From the NCBI GenBank assembly GCA_032718475.1, contig JAUCBJ010008823.1:1-64000 (forward strand): a DNA stretch of 64,000 nt, written 5' to 3'. The DNA comes from Nemertoderma westbladi. Taxonomy: Eukaryota; Animalia; Xenacoelomorpha. Below, piece after piece: positions 1 to 13,469 of this stretch (positions are counted from its first letter, which is position 1; the number at the start of each line of letters is the position of its first letter). The notes below the pieces were generated by a model. That model was not told the DNA's origin. It saw only the letters and a list, made by a program, of their open reading frames with translations, and made no database searches. The position numbers and the translations under genes were made by a program.

Positions 1-126
1 GTGTTCCGCAAACCAGTCCAATACGGGTATTGGGTGGGTTGCAGGGTTACCCCGCGGATCGGATGGTTCTGCCACAACGAAACGACCCAGAACGATGAAA
101 ACTGTGGAGATTAAGAGCGGGGACAT
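1..126 (-). CDS. Possible first coding segment of a neighbouring gene for a secreted or membrane protein (runs off the window)
   Basis: ATG at 126 with A at -3; open to the window edge: MSPLLISTVFIVLGRFVVAEPSDPRGNPATHPIPVLDWFAEH, which resembles a signal peptide. No family recognised. Confidence 0.3.
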   Translation of the reverse strand, partial: MSPLLISTVFIVLGRFVVAEPSDPRGNPATHPIPVLDWFAEH

Positions 127-258
127 TGTGCTGTCTGGCTGTAGTCTGACTCAGGGATAAAAACTGTATAGGCCTAGTACCGGTATCTTTCTTGGTCTTA
201 TTGTCGGCAGGCCTACAGCTACCTACTTATTTCTGAGAAGTACATGAAGTACATTCGG

Positions 259-1371
259 GAAGTACATGAGGATCTGTGGGGGGTGTGAGAGACGGAGTGG
301 GAAGTACAGGAGGATCTGTGGAGGGTGTGGGAGACATGGTGAGAAGTACAGAAGGATCTGTGGAGGGTGTGGGAGACAGGGTGAGATGAGAAGTACAGAA
401 GGATCTGTGGAGGGTGTGGGAGACGGAGTGGGAAGTACAGGAGGATCTGTGGAGGGTGTGGGAGACGGAGTGGGAAGTACAGGAGGATCTGTGGAGGGCG
501 TGGGAGACGGAGTGGGAAGTACATGAGGATCTGTGGGGGGTGTGAGAGACGGAGTGGGAAGTACAGGAGGATCTGTGGAGGGTGTGGGAGACATGGTGAG
601 AAGTACAGAAGGATCTGTGGAGGGTGTTGGAGACAGGGTGAGAAGTACAGAAGGATCTGTGGAGGGTGTGGGAGACAGGGTGAGAAGTACAGAAGGATCT
701 GTGGAGGGTGTTGGAGACAGGGTGAGAAGTACAGGAGGATCTGTGGAGGGTGTGGGAGACGGAGTGAGAAGTACAGGAGGATCTGTGGAGGGTGTGGGAG
801 ATAGGGTGAGAAGTACAGGAGGATCTGTGGAGGTGTGGGAGACTGAGTGGGAAGTACAGGAGGATCTGTGGAGGGTGTGGGAGACAGGGTGAGAAGTACA
901 GGAGGATCTGTGGAGGGTGTGGGAGACGGAGTGAGAAGTACAGGAGGATCTGTGGAGGGTGTGGGAGATAGGGTGAGAAGTACAGGAGGATCTGTGGAGG
1001 GTGTGGGAGACGGAGTGAGAAGTACAGGAGGATCTGTGGAGGGTGTTGGAGACAGGGTGAGAAGTACAGAAGGATCTGTGGAGGGTGTGGGAGATAGGGT
1101 GAAAAGTACAGGAGGATCTGTGGAGGGTGTGGGAGACGGAGTGAGAAGTACAGGAGGATCTGTGGAGGGTGTGGGAGACAGGGTGAGAAGTGCAGGAGGA
1201 TCTGTGGAGGGTGTGGGAGACGGAGTGAGAAGTACAGGAGGATCTGTGGAGGGTGTGGGAGATAGGGTGAGAAGTACAGGAGGATCTGTGGAGGGTGTGG
1301 GAGACGGAGTGAGAAGTACAGGAGGATCTGTGGAGGGTGTGGGAGACAGGGTGAGAAGTACAAGAGGATCT
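259..1371. repeat. 42-bp G-rich minisatellite, about 26 copies
   Basis: Unit AAGTACAGGAGGATCTGTGGAGGGTGTGGGAGACGGAGTGAG; period 42 (e.g. 901 and 943); gives 14-aa periodic ORFs in all frames. Confidence 0.95.
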
Positions 1372-1460
1372 GATGATATATAATATTACATACTTTGGGA
1401 AATTTTTTTTTTTTACAAAAAAAAAAATTTTTTTTGGCCACTCTTTGTGATTTTGAGCCA

Positions 1461-1837
1461 GGGTTGATACGAGAATGAGGTGAGATAGGGAGGGGGGGGG
1501 GGGAGGGTAGCAGAAACGGAGGGTTGATACGAGAATGAGGTGAGTTATGGGGGGGGGGGGGGTCGCAGAAACGGAGGGTTGATACGAGAATGAGGTGAGT
1601 TAGGGGGGAGGGTAGCAGAAACTGAGGGTTGATACGAGAATGAGGTGAGTTAGGGGGGGGGGGGGGGGGGGTCGCAGAAACGGAGGGTTGATACGAGAAT
1701 GAGGTGAGTTAGGGGGGGGGGGGGGGTTCGCAGAAACTGAGGGTTGATACAAGAATGAGGTGAGTTAGGGGGGGGGGGGGTCGCAGAAACGGAGGGTTGA
1801 TACGAGAATGAGGTGAGTTAGGGGGGGGGGGGGGGGG
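1461..1837 (+). repeat. 7 tandem copies of a TBC1D30 exon end + splice donor + poly-G
   Basis: Unit TCGCAGAAACGGAGGGTTGATACGAGAATGAG|GTGAGTTA(G)n encodes SQKRRVDTRMR. Donors at 1480, 1540, 1595, 1645, 1704, 1760 and 1813. The phase-2 end joins the exon at 26010 (AG|A TTC AGT = R-F-S), matching the SQKRRVDTKLKFTLEP segment I recall from vertebrate TBC1D30. Confidence 0.85.
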
Positions 1838-2559
1838 TGGAGGGTTGGGGGAGTGTACGTTTGGGGTGAAGAAGAGTTACGGATTGTTCAACCTTGGGAG
1901 TGGTTTCTTGTTCGCCGATTCTGAATGAAAAGTGAAACATTACTTTACGAGTTGTAACTTTAATGGGACCATTACACCCCAAATCAATTTTTTTTATATA
2001 AAGTTACTATTGTAAAATTCTAACACAATAATCTATGATCTTTTACTAAGAAAACTGATTATGGATAGCTTCGTAAACAGTTTGTTCGAAAAATATGGCA
2101 CTTTTTGTGCAGGTCGGTTTTTTAAAAAATTGTATACATTTTCCGGCTTGGGTTTGAAGTTATCTGTCCAAGGCTACAAGTGTTTAGCACAATGGACCTA
2201 GACGGTCAGGGCCCCAACCGCAGGTTATCATGTTCGGAGAACACGTATCCATGCCCGGCCACAGTACTAGTCATTGCAACGCCTTTATAGATTGGCCGGA
2301 ATTTGGGGGAGAAGCTTTTCTCGGAAACTAGGCGAAAACCAACAATAGGATGTTCCTAGACCCCCCCCCCAAATTTATCCAGAAGACTTTTTCCCATATA
2401 CATTACGTTTCAAAAGTCTACGGTTCTCCGTCTAGGGCCAATTTGAGTCAAAAAGTCCGCTTCCCTAGCAACCTCGTTGCTATGCGCCGATCTCCAGAAC
2501 CGCTAATGCTACGGACTTGGGACCGGCGCCAATCGATAGGCAGCATAGGGTTTACATTC

Positions 2560-3960
2560 AAAAAACTTTTTTTGGAGCGATCAGATCATGATCTTGACCA
2601 TGATCAGCAAAGATCAGTTTTGATCAGGATTCGGACACTCAAGGCTTGCCCCAATCGAAAAACTTAACATTACAAAAAGATTCAGCGACCCCACATTAGT
2701 CATGATTCCCGTTAAAGATTTTAAAAAAAAGTGAATTCTTCCTGATCAAAACGCAAGATCATGATCGCGCAAAGATCGGACTGTCGTAAAATCGTAACTA
2801 AGCATTTTGGATATAAACAATTACTGTAGGAAACGTTCAGAACACCGCCCTGAGTCGATTAAAAAAAAAATTGGCTCGATCGGACAACCGGTTCTCGAGA
2901 TCTGATACCTGATCATTAAAGATCGTGTTTTTCGGTTTTTTCGAATTTTCTCGAAAACTTTGTTTGAGACCCCCGATTTTTTTTTTACGAATCGACTTCT
3001 ATGATGAAGGGGCAACTTTTGAGCATTTCGAAATTTTCAAAAAGCGATTTGATCAGGCCACGATCAGAAAAGATCGTGTTTTCGGTTTTATTTCGAAGAC
3101 CAAGTCCTGGGAGTTCACCGTATGGAAAAACTTAACATCACAAAAAGATTCCTCACCCTCGAATTATGGGGGGTAGCCAAAATTTGGGCATAAAAAAGTT
3201 CAAGTCTAGTGGGTCAAAACTCAAGATCATGATCGCGAAAAGATCAGTATATTTAAAATCTAATCTAAGCATTTTTTAAATAAACATTCATTGTAAGAAA
3301 TGTTCAATGGTCTATTCTGAGTTGATTAAAAAAAAATTGGCTCGATCGGACAACCGGTTCTCGAGATCTGATACCTGATCATAAAAGATCGTGTTTTTCG
3401 GTTTTTCCCGATTTTCTCGAAAATTTTGTTTGAGACCCCCGATTTTTTTTTTACTAATCGACTTCTATTAAGAAGGGGCAACTTTTGAGCATTTCGAAAT
3501 TTTCAAAAAGCGATTTGATCAGGCCATGATCAGGAAAGATCATGTTTTCGGTTTTATTTCGAAGACCAAGTCCTGTGAGTTCACCGTATGAAAAAACTTA
3601 ACATTACAAAAAGATTCCTCACCCTCGAATTAGGGGGGGTAGCCAAAATTTGACCATAAAAAAGTACAATTCTAGGGGGTCAAAAGATCATGATCGCGAA
3701 ATGATCAGTTTTTTCGAAATTACTTCTAAGCATTTTGGGGCAAAACTTTCAAACTAAAAAACATTCACTGGAGTGTTCTAAGTAGATTAAAAAAAAATTC
3801 GACTCAATAGGCCTACCGGTACCGGAGATATGGTCGTCCAAAGTCTGCTTCCGGTAATTCGAAAATATTTCGAAAACCCTTGATCGAATTTTTTCCTTGA
3901 AAATATGTGAACGTACAGTTAGTAGACCCGCATCTAACGATATATCACAATCCATATTTC
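2560..3960. repeat. Interspersed repeat with an internal ~466-bp tandem duplication (probable non-autonomous DNA transposon)
   Basis: CTCGATCGGACAACCGGTTCTCGAGATCTGATACCTGATCAT at 2875 and 3341; degenerate further copies on both sides; no coding capacity. Confidence 0.6.
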
Positions 3961-5029
3961 GGATGATAGGTACCGGTGAAATCAGACTTTACCGAAAAAA
4001 AATTCAAATTTTAGCTACTCATGTCTGACTATCTCGAAAACTATAAGTATGGTACTTTCACTGCAAGAAATGTTCGCCTTCCATGCGCTTCTACTCTGTG
4101 CTCGGATTTTGCATAGTGTCAAAACCTACTACTTAACCCCCCCAGCGGAGGGAACGGAGTGACCAGAGCGCCAGTACTATCTTTCATTATAATGAAGTAA
4201 TAAGGGCGGTGGGTGGGGTAGGTGGTGAACACTATTTATAGGGTGGAGGGAGGGTTTGTATATTACTTTAGGATATTTGATTTCTTTGCAATATAGTTTA
4301 ACTGCCTCAGTCTTATTTGTAATGTTATACATTATACCAAATTATATCAAGTTTTAACATACAACTTTGTCTACCTGTGGGATAAATATACAATGTAGGG
4401 CTCATTATATATTTATAAATAGATTTAGTATATTTACATTGTATAACAGAGTGAATTGATACTATTACGGTATTATACTAAAGACGCCGCTTTGATATAT
4501 CTGATCAAATATCAATTTCTGGTATATTATCTATTTCACTATCTTGGGTATATCATTCAATTTCTAAAACTATAATAATAAACATTTACTTCAGTTCTTG
4601 TTTACTCGCATGGATATATTAATATAAAATACGTCAGTAAAATATCTTATGAGGCCAAACCCAGCGTAATCAGAGTAATGTTTAATTATTATTACAATTG
4701 GCACATTGAAGTAAGTAGTACATGAGTTTGATAAAATAATTATGAATCCGCATCTTATTCTACTCTACTCCCTCTCAGTCTCTCTCTTTCTCTCTCTCTT
4801 TCTCACTCTTATTCTACTTACTACCACTACTACATAACTACTATTACTACTACTACTGACTACTGCAGAGTTAGGTGTATATTATAAGAGGACGGGGTTC
4901 GTGATTATTAGTTATTAAACAAGTGCCCCTCGGCTATAGAGAGTCCACCCTCGGTTGCTTACTGGATAGATAAGTAGGCAATCTTTTATAAAACTTTTAG
5001 TATCAAATTATTGTTTTTAAAAATTGATT

Positions 5030-5404
5030 GGGCCTTTAGTATTTCCGGACTATATTTTTGTCTGGGTGGGCCTTTAGTATCGGACTATATTTTTGTCTGG
5101 GTGGGCCTTTAGTATTTCCGGACTATATTTTTGTCTGGGTGGGCCTTTAGTATTTCCGGATTATATTTTTGTCTTGGTGGGCCTTTAGTATTTCCGGACT
5201 ATATTTTTGTCTGGGTGGGCCTTTAGTATTTCCGGATTATATTTTTGTCTGGGTGGGCCTTTAGTATTTCCGGACTATATTTTTGTCTTGGTGGGCCTTT
5301 AGTATTTCCAGACTATATTTTTGTCTGGGTGGGCCTTTAGTATTTCCGGACTATATTTTTGTCTGGGTGGGCCTTTAGTATTTCCGGATTATATTTTTGT
5401 CTGG
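5030..5404. repeat. 38-bp minisatellite, about 10 copies
   Basis: Unit GGGCCTTTAGTATTTCCGGACTATATTTTTGTCTGGGT. Confidence 0.95.
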
Positions 5405-7009
5405 GGATTATATATTTTGAGATAGACAAAAGAGTAGCAGTTACCGAAATCGGTTCTGATCCAAATGGCCATGTTTTACAAAACCAATCATCTGTTATAC
5501 CTGATCATTTGTTATCTGTTTAATGAAAATTTTGTGTTAGCGCTTTAGTAAAATATGTTCTTTCAATCTCAATTTCATATATTTTGACTCTTTTGATACT
5601 TGGCGCAGGGATTTTATGCATTTAGGGCCTTTAGATACTGTCTGATACAATAAACGGGATTGCGCTAGTGTACCTGTCAACAAGGACCGCTCACTGTATC
5701 GATCGCTTCCCCTTTGCCTTCCTCTCATAAGTTGGTTTACTCTATAATTTATTTGGTTCAATACGGTATTTGATTATCTATTGTATTTAACTGAGATACA
5801 GTACTATACCGGGAGGGTGTGACAACAAAGATAACAAGTAAATGACTGACTAATTAATTCTGTAAGGACTCAAGTTCAGTGTTTGTGTTTCCCTTTAGGG
5901 GAAACGTATTTTGACTTGTCTTTATTAGAAGACCGTCAGGGCTTCTTGCTGTCAAAAAAAAACGTCTGTGTGTTTGTCTGTATGTTTGTGCACATTGATA
6001 TTGGCTTGGAAGGGTAAGAAGTGCTCTACTTCATGGCCAACTATACAAAGAAATGTATCGATTATTTGGGTTATTATTTCAGTTATTAATTATTTAAGCT
6101 GGTGAAATTAAGCTCTTGCTGTATAAAAATAGCACAGTTCGATTCTCCGTGTCCCATTCTCACAAAGTTTTTATTATATTCGAGTGTTTAATATAAAGAT
6201 GTATGATTATTTATTGATTGAAAATAAAATAGTGTATAAATATGTAATATTCCCTCATGCAGCTTGAACTTTGCCTATGGTAGCGAATAGGGAAGGATTT
6301 TCTCTGTATCATAGCAACGGTTGTATAACTAGAGAGCCAGCAAGCTGGCTGGAAGGAGCCCGGGGGGAAGAATCCTAGCCAATACTAAACTAAACAATTG
6401 TCTAAATGGTGTGATGATACATAGCTGACTTTGTGGCTTGCCCCACATAATAAAAAATGAAACTTTGCTGCCACTAACAACCGAATATTTATAAGAAAAT
6501 GCCCATGATTCACAACCAGATAAATAACAAGTTAGATTTACCAGTACAGGTACGGTTACCTTTCTTTTTGAAAACCATTCGATTTAACAATTAATAGAAG
6601 TCTAGGTCGCGGCGAAAAATAATAACGCAAATTAAACAACCATACAATCGGCCTACACACTTTTTTATTATTCGAAATAAATTCGCTAACAGAAAATATC
6701 TAAACTAATTTATTTATTTACTAATTAATCTAAACGAGAAGGTGAACAATTGTTTCTACACAATTAATTATGACGACTTTTATGGGATATGTAATATTTA
6801 CTGTTCAATAATAATTTACAATCTCCCATTCCAACACATTCCCAGAGAGTAATAATATCATCAATATAACAAACTAAGTGGATTATAATTCGATTTCTTC
6901 AGCCAAGTCCGATAGCTATTTTTCTGAAATTTATATTGCTAATTTAATTATTTGGCATATTCTGTTTGTGGCGCAGACTATAATAATAATAACATTGTTG
7001 ACATACAGT

Positions 7010-7548
7010 AGTAGTAGGGTCTTGGGCGGCTCTGCGACAGTTGGACCTAACTGACACCCATTGGGTGTCATATGACACCCAATTATCACCCTATGGGTGT
7101 CATTGGGTGTCATTGGCGCCAGACTGTCTGGGTGACACCTCCCAATTAGGCTAATTAGACCCTAATTGACAGGTGTCATCAATTAATTAGTACAATTAAA
7201 CCCTAACAGGTGTCATATGACTCCTAATTAGGGTTTAATTGATTATCCTAATTAATCAGACTGATTAGCGCCCTGACACACAATGGTTCATCAGTGATGT
7301 CCAACTGTCGCAGAGCCGGCTCAAGAGGGTGTCATAAGTGACACCGCAGCTCTTTTATTCATTAATACTTATTTATTTATATTTAATTTTAATTAATTAT
7401 TTGCATTTTATTTTACTTTATTTATTCATTTGTACTTTATTTTAAATTAATTAATTGTATTACTTTTATTTTATACATTGATTTCTATTTTTAGATTAAT
7501 TAGTTTTTATATTACCAATGAGATCACTATGACATAATGTCTATTTTT
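7010..7548 (+). repeat. Left terminal inverted repeat of the Polinton-like element
   Basis: Reverse complement of 22339-22770; the inner part (about 7370-7548) also matches about 21866-22040. Confidence 0.9.
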
Positions 7549-8038
7549 AACTTTATAATGGCTATGGTATACGGCTCCCTACTGGCAACTATCAACTAGG
7601 TTCATCGGCGGGGGCCCCTCCTCTGTCCTCATTATTCATTAACTAGATACGACAGGCAGTGAATCTACACGTATACCCCCAAGGCAAATATAAATGAGCA
7701 GTCCCGTCTATTAGCAGCCCCTTCGTTGACTCACTAATAATCCCATCGCGGCCTTGACTACAGCAAATCCGTATATCGCCCAAGGCTAATGCTCAAGCGG
7801 CCCTCCATTGTTCCCACTATAACCGGCGTCGCTTTGTCCCTTTCCTATATCCAGGCAGCCCGTATCATAACAATGAAGCGCCACTAATCACGCATTCCTC
7901 TCTACTAATCCCTTTCCTTTGCACCAGACCTGCTTCTGTTATACAGCCAACTCAACATAATTAGTCAAGATGCTTACAAGAGTTTTCTAATATAGAATCA
8001 ACACGAGAAGTTGCCTTGGTAACCGCTTTTGCGCGAAC

Positions 8039-8130
8039 AGCCAATCAGCGGGCTTCATTTCTGCTGCTGCGCTCTGATTGGCTCATTTAAGAGACAAGGG
8101 CCTCCCCTACTAACCGAATTGCTATTTAAT
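8039..8130 (+). promoter_or_regulatory. Putative Pol II promoter of the pPolB transcript
   Basis: Inverted CCAAT boxes AGCCAATCAG (8039) and CTGATTGGCT (8074); TATA-like TATTTAA at about 8123. Confidence 0.5.
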
Positions 8131-8282
8131 ACATCCCCACTAATATATTAGATCATTATTTCAATTGCAAGTTACGATTAACATCATTTACCATTATTTT
8201 GTTTTCGAATTTAATATTATTTATTTAAGAATATTTATTTGTTATCATCGATCAACAACCCACTTGTATAGTTGTATTATTG

Positions 8283-9075
8283 TCATTTCGCCGCGTTATC
8301 GCTCATCGTCGACAACAAACTTTCCGCGTATCCGCCGTGTAATATTCTTCCGATACCATTCCGTTCTATCGGTAAATAAACTCTCTCGTCGTCCACGTCA
8401 ACCAACTTCCTCATCGCCACCGAACTTCCAAACTTCTTCTTTCCGTGAATATTTACTAATACCGTAAGTAAAATCTGCCTTCCACCATCTGACGGTACTA
8501 TCGATGCCGCTAGCAAACAATTTACATTTATTATCTACCGGTACAACAGTATTGCAGTAAGTTCATTATTAATTACTGTCAGACTGTGGTGGTACCGATA
8601 GCCTAAACCGTGATCGAAGCACTCGATCATTAGGCCTACATCCGCCTATCTGCTTACAGTATTTTTTATCTTTTTACAAATAATCAACTTATTTTTCTAG
8701 TATCATTTCGCCGCGTTATCGCTCATCGTCGACAACAAACTTTCCGCATATTCGTCGCGTAATATTCCAATATTTCTAATTTCAGATATCATTCCGTTCT
8801 ATCGATTAATAAACTCTCTCGTCGTCCACGTCAACCAACTTCTTCGCGAACATCCAAACTTCTTCTTTCCGTGAATATTTACTAACACCGTAAGTAAAAT
8901 CTGCCTTCCACCATCTCCATCGATGCCAGTAGCAAACAATTTACATTTAATGTCTACCGGTACAACAGTATTGCAGTAGGCTCATTATTAATTACTGTCA
9001 GACTGCGGAGATACCGATAGCCTAAACCGTGATCGAAGTAATCGATCAATAGGCCTACATCTGTCTATCTGCTTG
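8283..9075 (+). repeat. ~380-bp direct duplication in the spliced 5' leader of pPolB
   Basis: About 8283-8655 matches about 8703-9075; both copies contain CC|GTAAGT donors; near-identical acceptors (...TTTTTCTAG) end at 8700 and 9564. Confidence 0.75.
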
Positions 9076-9571
9076 TCTACCTGACTACCGATACCGCATC
9101 ATTCGAGTTAGCCTAGATCCTACTGAACAACAATGAATACTGCAGTTTTCACTATATATCCTACTGACTAACTGAGATCTCACACAGCGATTAGCTAGGC
9201 CTATCGTTGATTTCTATTGGTTAACGCTACCGGTACGTCTGACTTGTAGCAGACTATATCACTAGCACTACTGCACTGACTGACTGCTGTTTATAGACCC
9301 TCTTTCCACGAATAATAACTGCCATCGCTATTGCGTCTTGACTATCGCCACTATCTAACCGCTGGTACACTAGCACTACTACACTAGACACTGCCGACTG
9401 TCTGCTTTATGTTTCACTGACTGATTGCTACAATACAGCAATAGGCCTAACTATACAAACACAGTATTGTTGCCTAGTAACCAATTAATACCTACTGTTT
9501 TACTTTATTTTTAGCACGTATACAGTATTTTTTATTTTTATAAATAATCAACATATTTTTCTAGATTCAAC

Positions 9572-12500
9572 ATGCCAAGATCAACCAATAAAGTTAGCTG
9601 CCCCATCTCCGACAAAGAGATGCGGAGCGATAATCTAAAATCACATATTAAAATTCATTTCGCGCAATACAGATGCGACTGTTGCTCGACTTGGTCTTCG
9701 GAAAAGAAGACGCTGGTTGGCCATCTTGTTTCGTGTCCTCAGGGGGGAACAGGATTTAGTTACATAAACGAGCCAGCCGATTGCCGCTGCGGGGATTCGC
9801 TCACCCTGTCATCCTTTACTGAGCATGAATGCTACACTCGACTTTTTTCGCGGAAACGCAAAACTCCGACTACCTCCCACTCATCCCCCATCAACTCTAC
9901 TCCAGAACAAGTCGGCGGCGGCGGCTCCAATAATGAACCTTCAACTTCACGAGATTCTATTTCCCCAAACAATCCCTTTAAACCCCCCTCCAACGGAAGC
10001 GCACACGGACGACTGTTTACCTATAACAATGACCTCGCAGAAACAAGACTCGACGCAGAATTAACATTAAACGAAAATTTTCCACATATTCAAGAACATG
10101 TTAGTAGCCATTTACGTAGTGCCATGGGAACTTTTTTAAGAGTCTGGCTTACAATCAATATCGTAATGGAGCGTGAAACCAGCGAGGGATTTCAAATTGA
10201 ATCTTTCTGTTTTAAATCTAGCGGTAACAATAATCAAATTCTAAATAATAGCGACTTTAATAACTGGTTTTCTGGCGCCGTCAATCGTATCGATCAACTG
10301 TTAAGCGTGTTTCTCTGCCTCGGCTCGGGTTGGCGCATAATAGCCATCGAGCGACTAACTATTGAGATTGCGCGGTCCCAACGCAACCCCTATTTAAAGG
10401 GTCAAGGCTTCAATAATTCTAAATTATTATTAAATAAAAAATGTACCGTAAGCGTAGACTGCCCGCTGGGGGAATGCTTTAAATACGCAGTATTGGCCGC
10501 CGCAAATTATAAGAAAATTGATAGAAAACAAAATAATATTAGTAGAATTTCAACGTTTACTCCTTTCCTAAACATGTTTGATTTTTCGAATTTAAGTTTT
10601 CCGGTGGACAGAGTAACTGGTATTCCCCAGTTTCTGAAAGCCAACCCTATATACTGCATAAACCTTCTTTATTGGAGTAATACGGAAGAACTCTCCATTT
10701 TAAGTCAGCCTGATAGCGCGCACTGTTCCGGTAAAACTGTACTAAACTTATTATTTATCGAAGCCACAAACAAAAACCCCGCCCACTACGTAGCTATTAC
10801 TAACATAGATAGATTAATAAATACAAAAGCTACTTCTAAAGGCAACAAGACGCACTGCGAACACTGTCTCAGAGCCTTTTACACTGACAAATCATTGGAA
10901 GAACATCGAGAGCGTTGCTATACGGGTAAATGCCAACTCGAGTATATGCCCGAAAATCTCTTGGTTAAATTTGACAGGTACGATAAGACTCTATCCCCAC
11001 CTTTCTGTATATACGCCGACATTGAAACTATTCTAGAACCTACAAACAATATTAAACTCCCACAGAAACATATAGCTAGCGCGGCAGCCTTTTATACAGT
11101 ACCAAATCAGAAATTAATTAACCCTCCTAAAACAGATGTTCAAATTTTCCGCGACGATGGCAGTAACCACGTAATGCGCGACTTTCTAACCGCTATGGAA
11201 AGTCATTGTAGGGAGTTATACGATTGGTCCATTTCTAGTACAAACACACGCGCCCCCATGCAACTCACTACTAGCCAACAAACTGACTTTAATAACGCTA
11301 CACGTCTGCAACTGTAATTTAACCCCCGATTCTCATAATTTAAACCTCAATGACAATCTCAGCACCAAAGTCCGCGATCACGATCATTATAGCGGGGAGT
11401 ATCGAGGGGCTGCTTGCGTCAGCTGCAACAGGAAACTTTCCCTAAAACGGAATAATTTTTATATTATATTTCATAACTTGAGGAAATTCGATATGCATTT
11501 ACTACTAAAAGAAGGAATGACCGATAGTTCTAGAACACACTGGAAAATGACTGTAATACCAAAAAACACCGAAACTTATATTCACCTTAAAGTTAGCTTC
11601 CCAATCGATCCGAGTACACCAACAGCCAACGCTAAAGAAAGTATCTCCATTAATTTTCTAGATTCCTATCAGTTTATGACTGCCAGCCTAGATAATCTTA
11701 GTAGTTATCTCACTAAAAATAACAGTAACCTAGCAACAGCCATACCCCATACACTAGCTCAAATGACCCGACTCTATCCCATCATTAGCGATAACACAAT
11801 AAAAAACAAGGGCGTATTCCCATATTCCTACATTCAAAATATTTCAAACCTATACGAAACTACACTCCCCCCAATAGAAAGCTTCTATAATGATCTCAAA
11901 TTGGAACAATGTAGCGCAGAGAACTATCAGCGCGCGCTTACTACTTGGGATGAATTAAACTGCACAACAATCTTCGACTATATGATTGGCTATTTGGTTC
12001 TAGACGTTACCCTATTGGCTGATACTTTCGAGCAGTTCCGATCCCTCTGTCTTACTAATTATGGACTCGAGCCCGTAATGTACTTCACTGCCCCTGGATT
12101 AACTTACGACGCGGCGCTGAAATTCACGCAATCAGAAATTCAATTACTATCAGACGCTTCCATCTACTCAGACTTTGAAACAAATATTAGGGGTGGTCTA
12201 GTTTTCTTGAATACGCATTCCGTAGACGCAAATATTCCCGATAAACCCGACTACGACTCCAGTCTCCCCGAGAAATATCTAATTCCCATCGATGCGAATA
12301 ACCTTTACGGCTGCGCCCTGAGCCAGAAACTTCCCTACGCTAATATTAAACTCGTAACTACCCCCATAGACCTAGCTACAGTAGACGCGAGTGGGGATAC
12401 TGGTTATTATTGCATAGTTGATCTACATTATCCGAAAGAAATTCATGATTTGACCGCCGATCTGCCTCTAGGAGTGGAGAAGATGTCAGTCCCTAAATCC

Positions 12501-13469
12501 TTTCTTAGCGAATACATGGAAGATCTTTGGGAGCATTACAATCTCACCGATAAGGCTACCTGTAGACCATACAACGATACCTGTACTAAGCTACTACTAC
12601 ATCAGTTTAATAAGGTTGAATACGGTATCCATATTAAGCTACTTCAACTCTATTTGAAGCTCGGTCTTAAACTTACACAAGTACATAGGGTCTACTCTTT
12701 CTCGCAAAAATATATTTTCAAGGACTACATTAGTTTTAATACAAATAAAAGACAGTCGGCAAATAACCCATTCGAGGTCCTATTTTATAAGTTGATGAAC
12801 AATGCCTTGTATGGGAAATGCCTCCAAAAGGTTAGAGACCGCGTTTCTTTCAGGTTATGCAATAGCGACGAACAATGCGATTTGCTCTTAGCCAAGCCCA
12901 ATCACGAATCGTTTGTTGTATTTACCCCCAACTTGAGTGGTCATACTTTCACTAAAGAGGCTGTTTGCCTAAATCAGGGCGTGTTCATCGGTTGCACTAT
13001 ACTAGATCTATCTAAGCTACAGATGTACGACCTATTTTACAACAAACTGAAGCCTCTAGAACAAAAACTGGGTTGCCAGATTCGCTGTCTAGCCGGTGAC
13101 ACGGATTCTCTAATGCTAAGCGTAACTAATACACCACAGCTAACCTTTCTACGGGCAATGTTTGAGGGTGGTTTCCTAGATACTTCCAACTACAGTACAA
13201 CACATCCACTCTATACCATTAAACACAAAGCGGATCTCGGCTTCGTAAAAGATGAGAGCTGCGGTTTGCAGTATAAACAGTGGGTTTTCCTTAAACCAAA
13301 GGTCTACAGTTTTCAATCCTATGATGCCCCAATCAAGAAAACCGCCAAAGGTGTATCTAGATCGGTTGTCGCTAAGCAACTAACACACGAGGATTATGCA
13401 GACTGTTTTGAAAACGAGGCAATGCTCTTCCGCTATAACTCTACCTTCACTTCTAGAATAAGAAATTGA
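9572..13469 (+). pseudogene. Protein-primed family B DNA polymerase (Polinton/adintovirus type); frameshift at about 11300, C-terminus truncated
   Basis: N-terminal Zn-finger-like RSDNLKSHIKIH; exonuclease motifs YADIE and FHNLRKFD; EndoVII-like VRDHDHYSGEYRGAACVSCN in the shifted frame (about 11370-11430); polymerase motifs DANNLYG, KLMNNALYGK, GDTDS, KPKVY, KTAKGV. The usual terminal 'LS..DDKR...GH' segment is missing. Confidence 0.9.

Noticed and set aside
219-1441. Pro/Ser/His-rich ORFs in several frames
   Set aside because: Translations of the 42-bp minisatellite.
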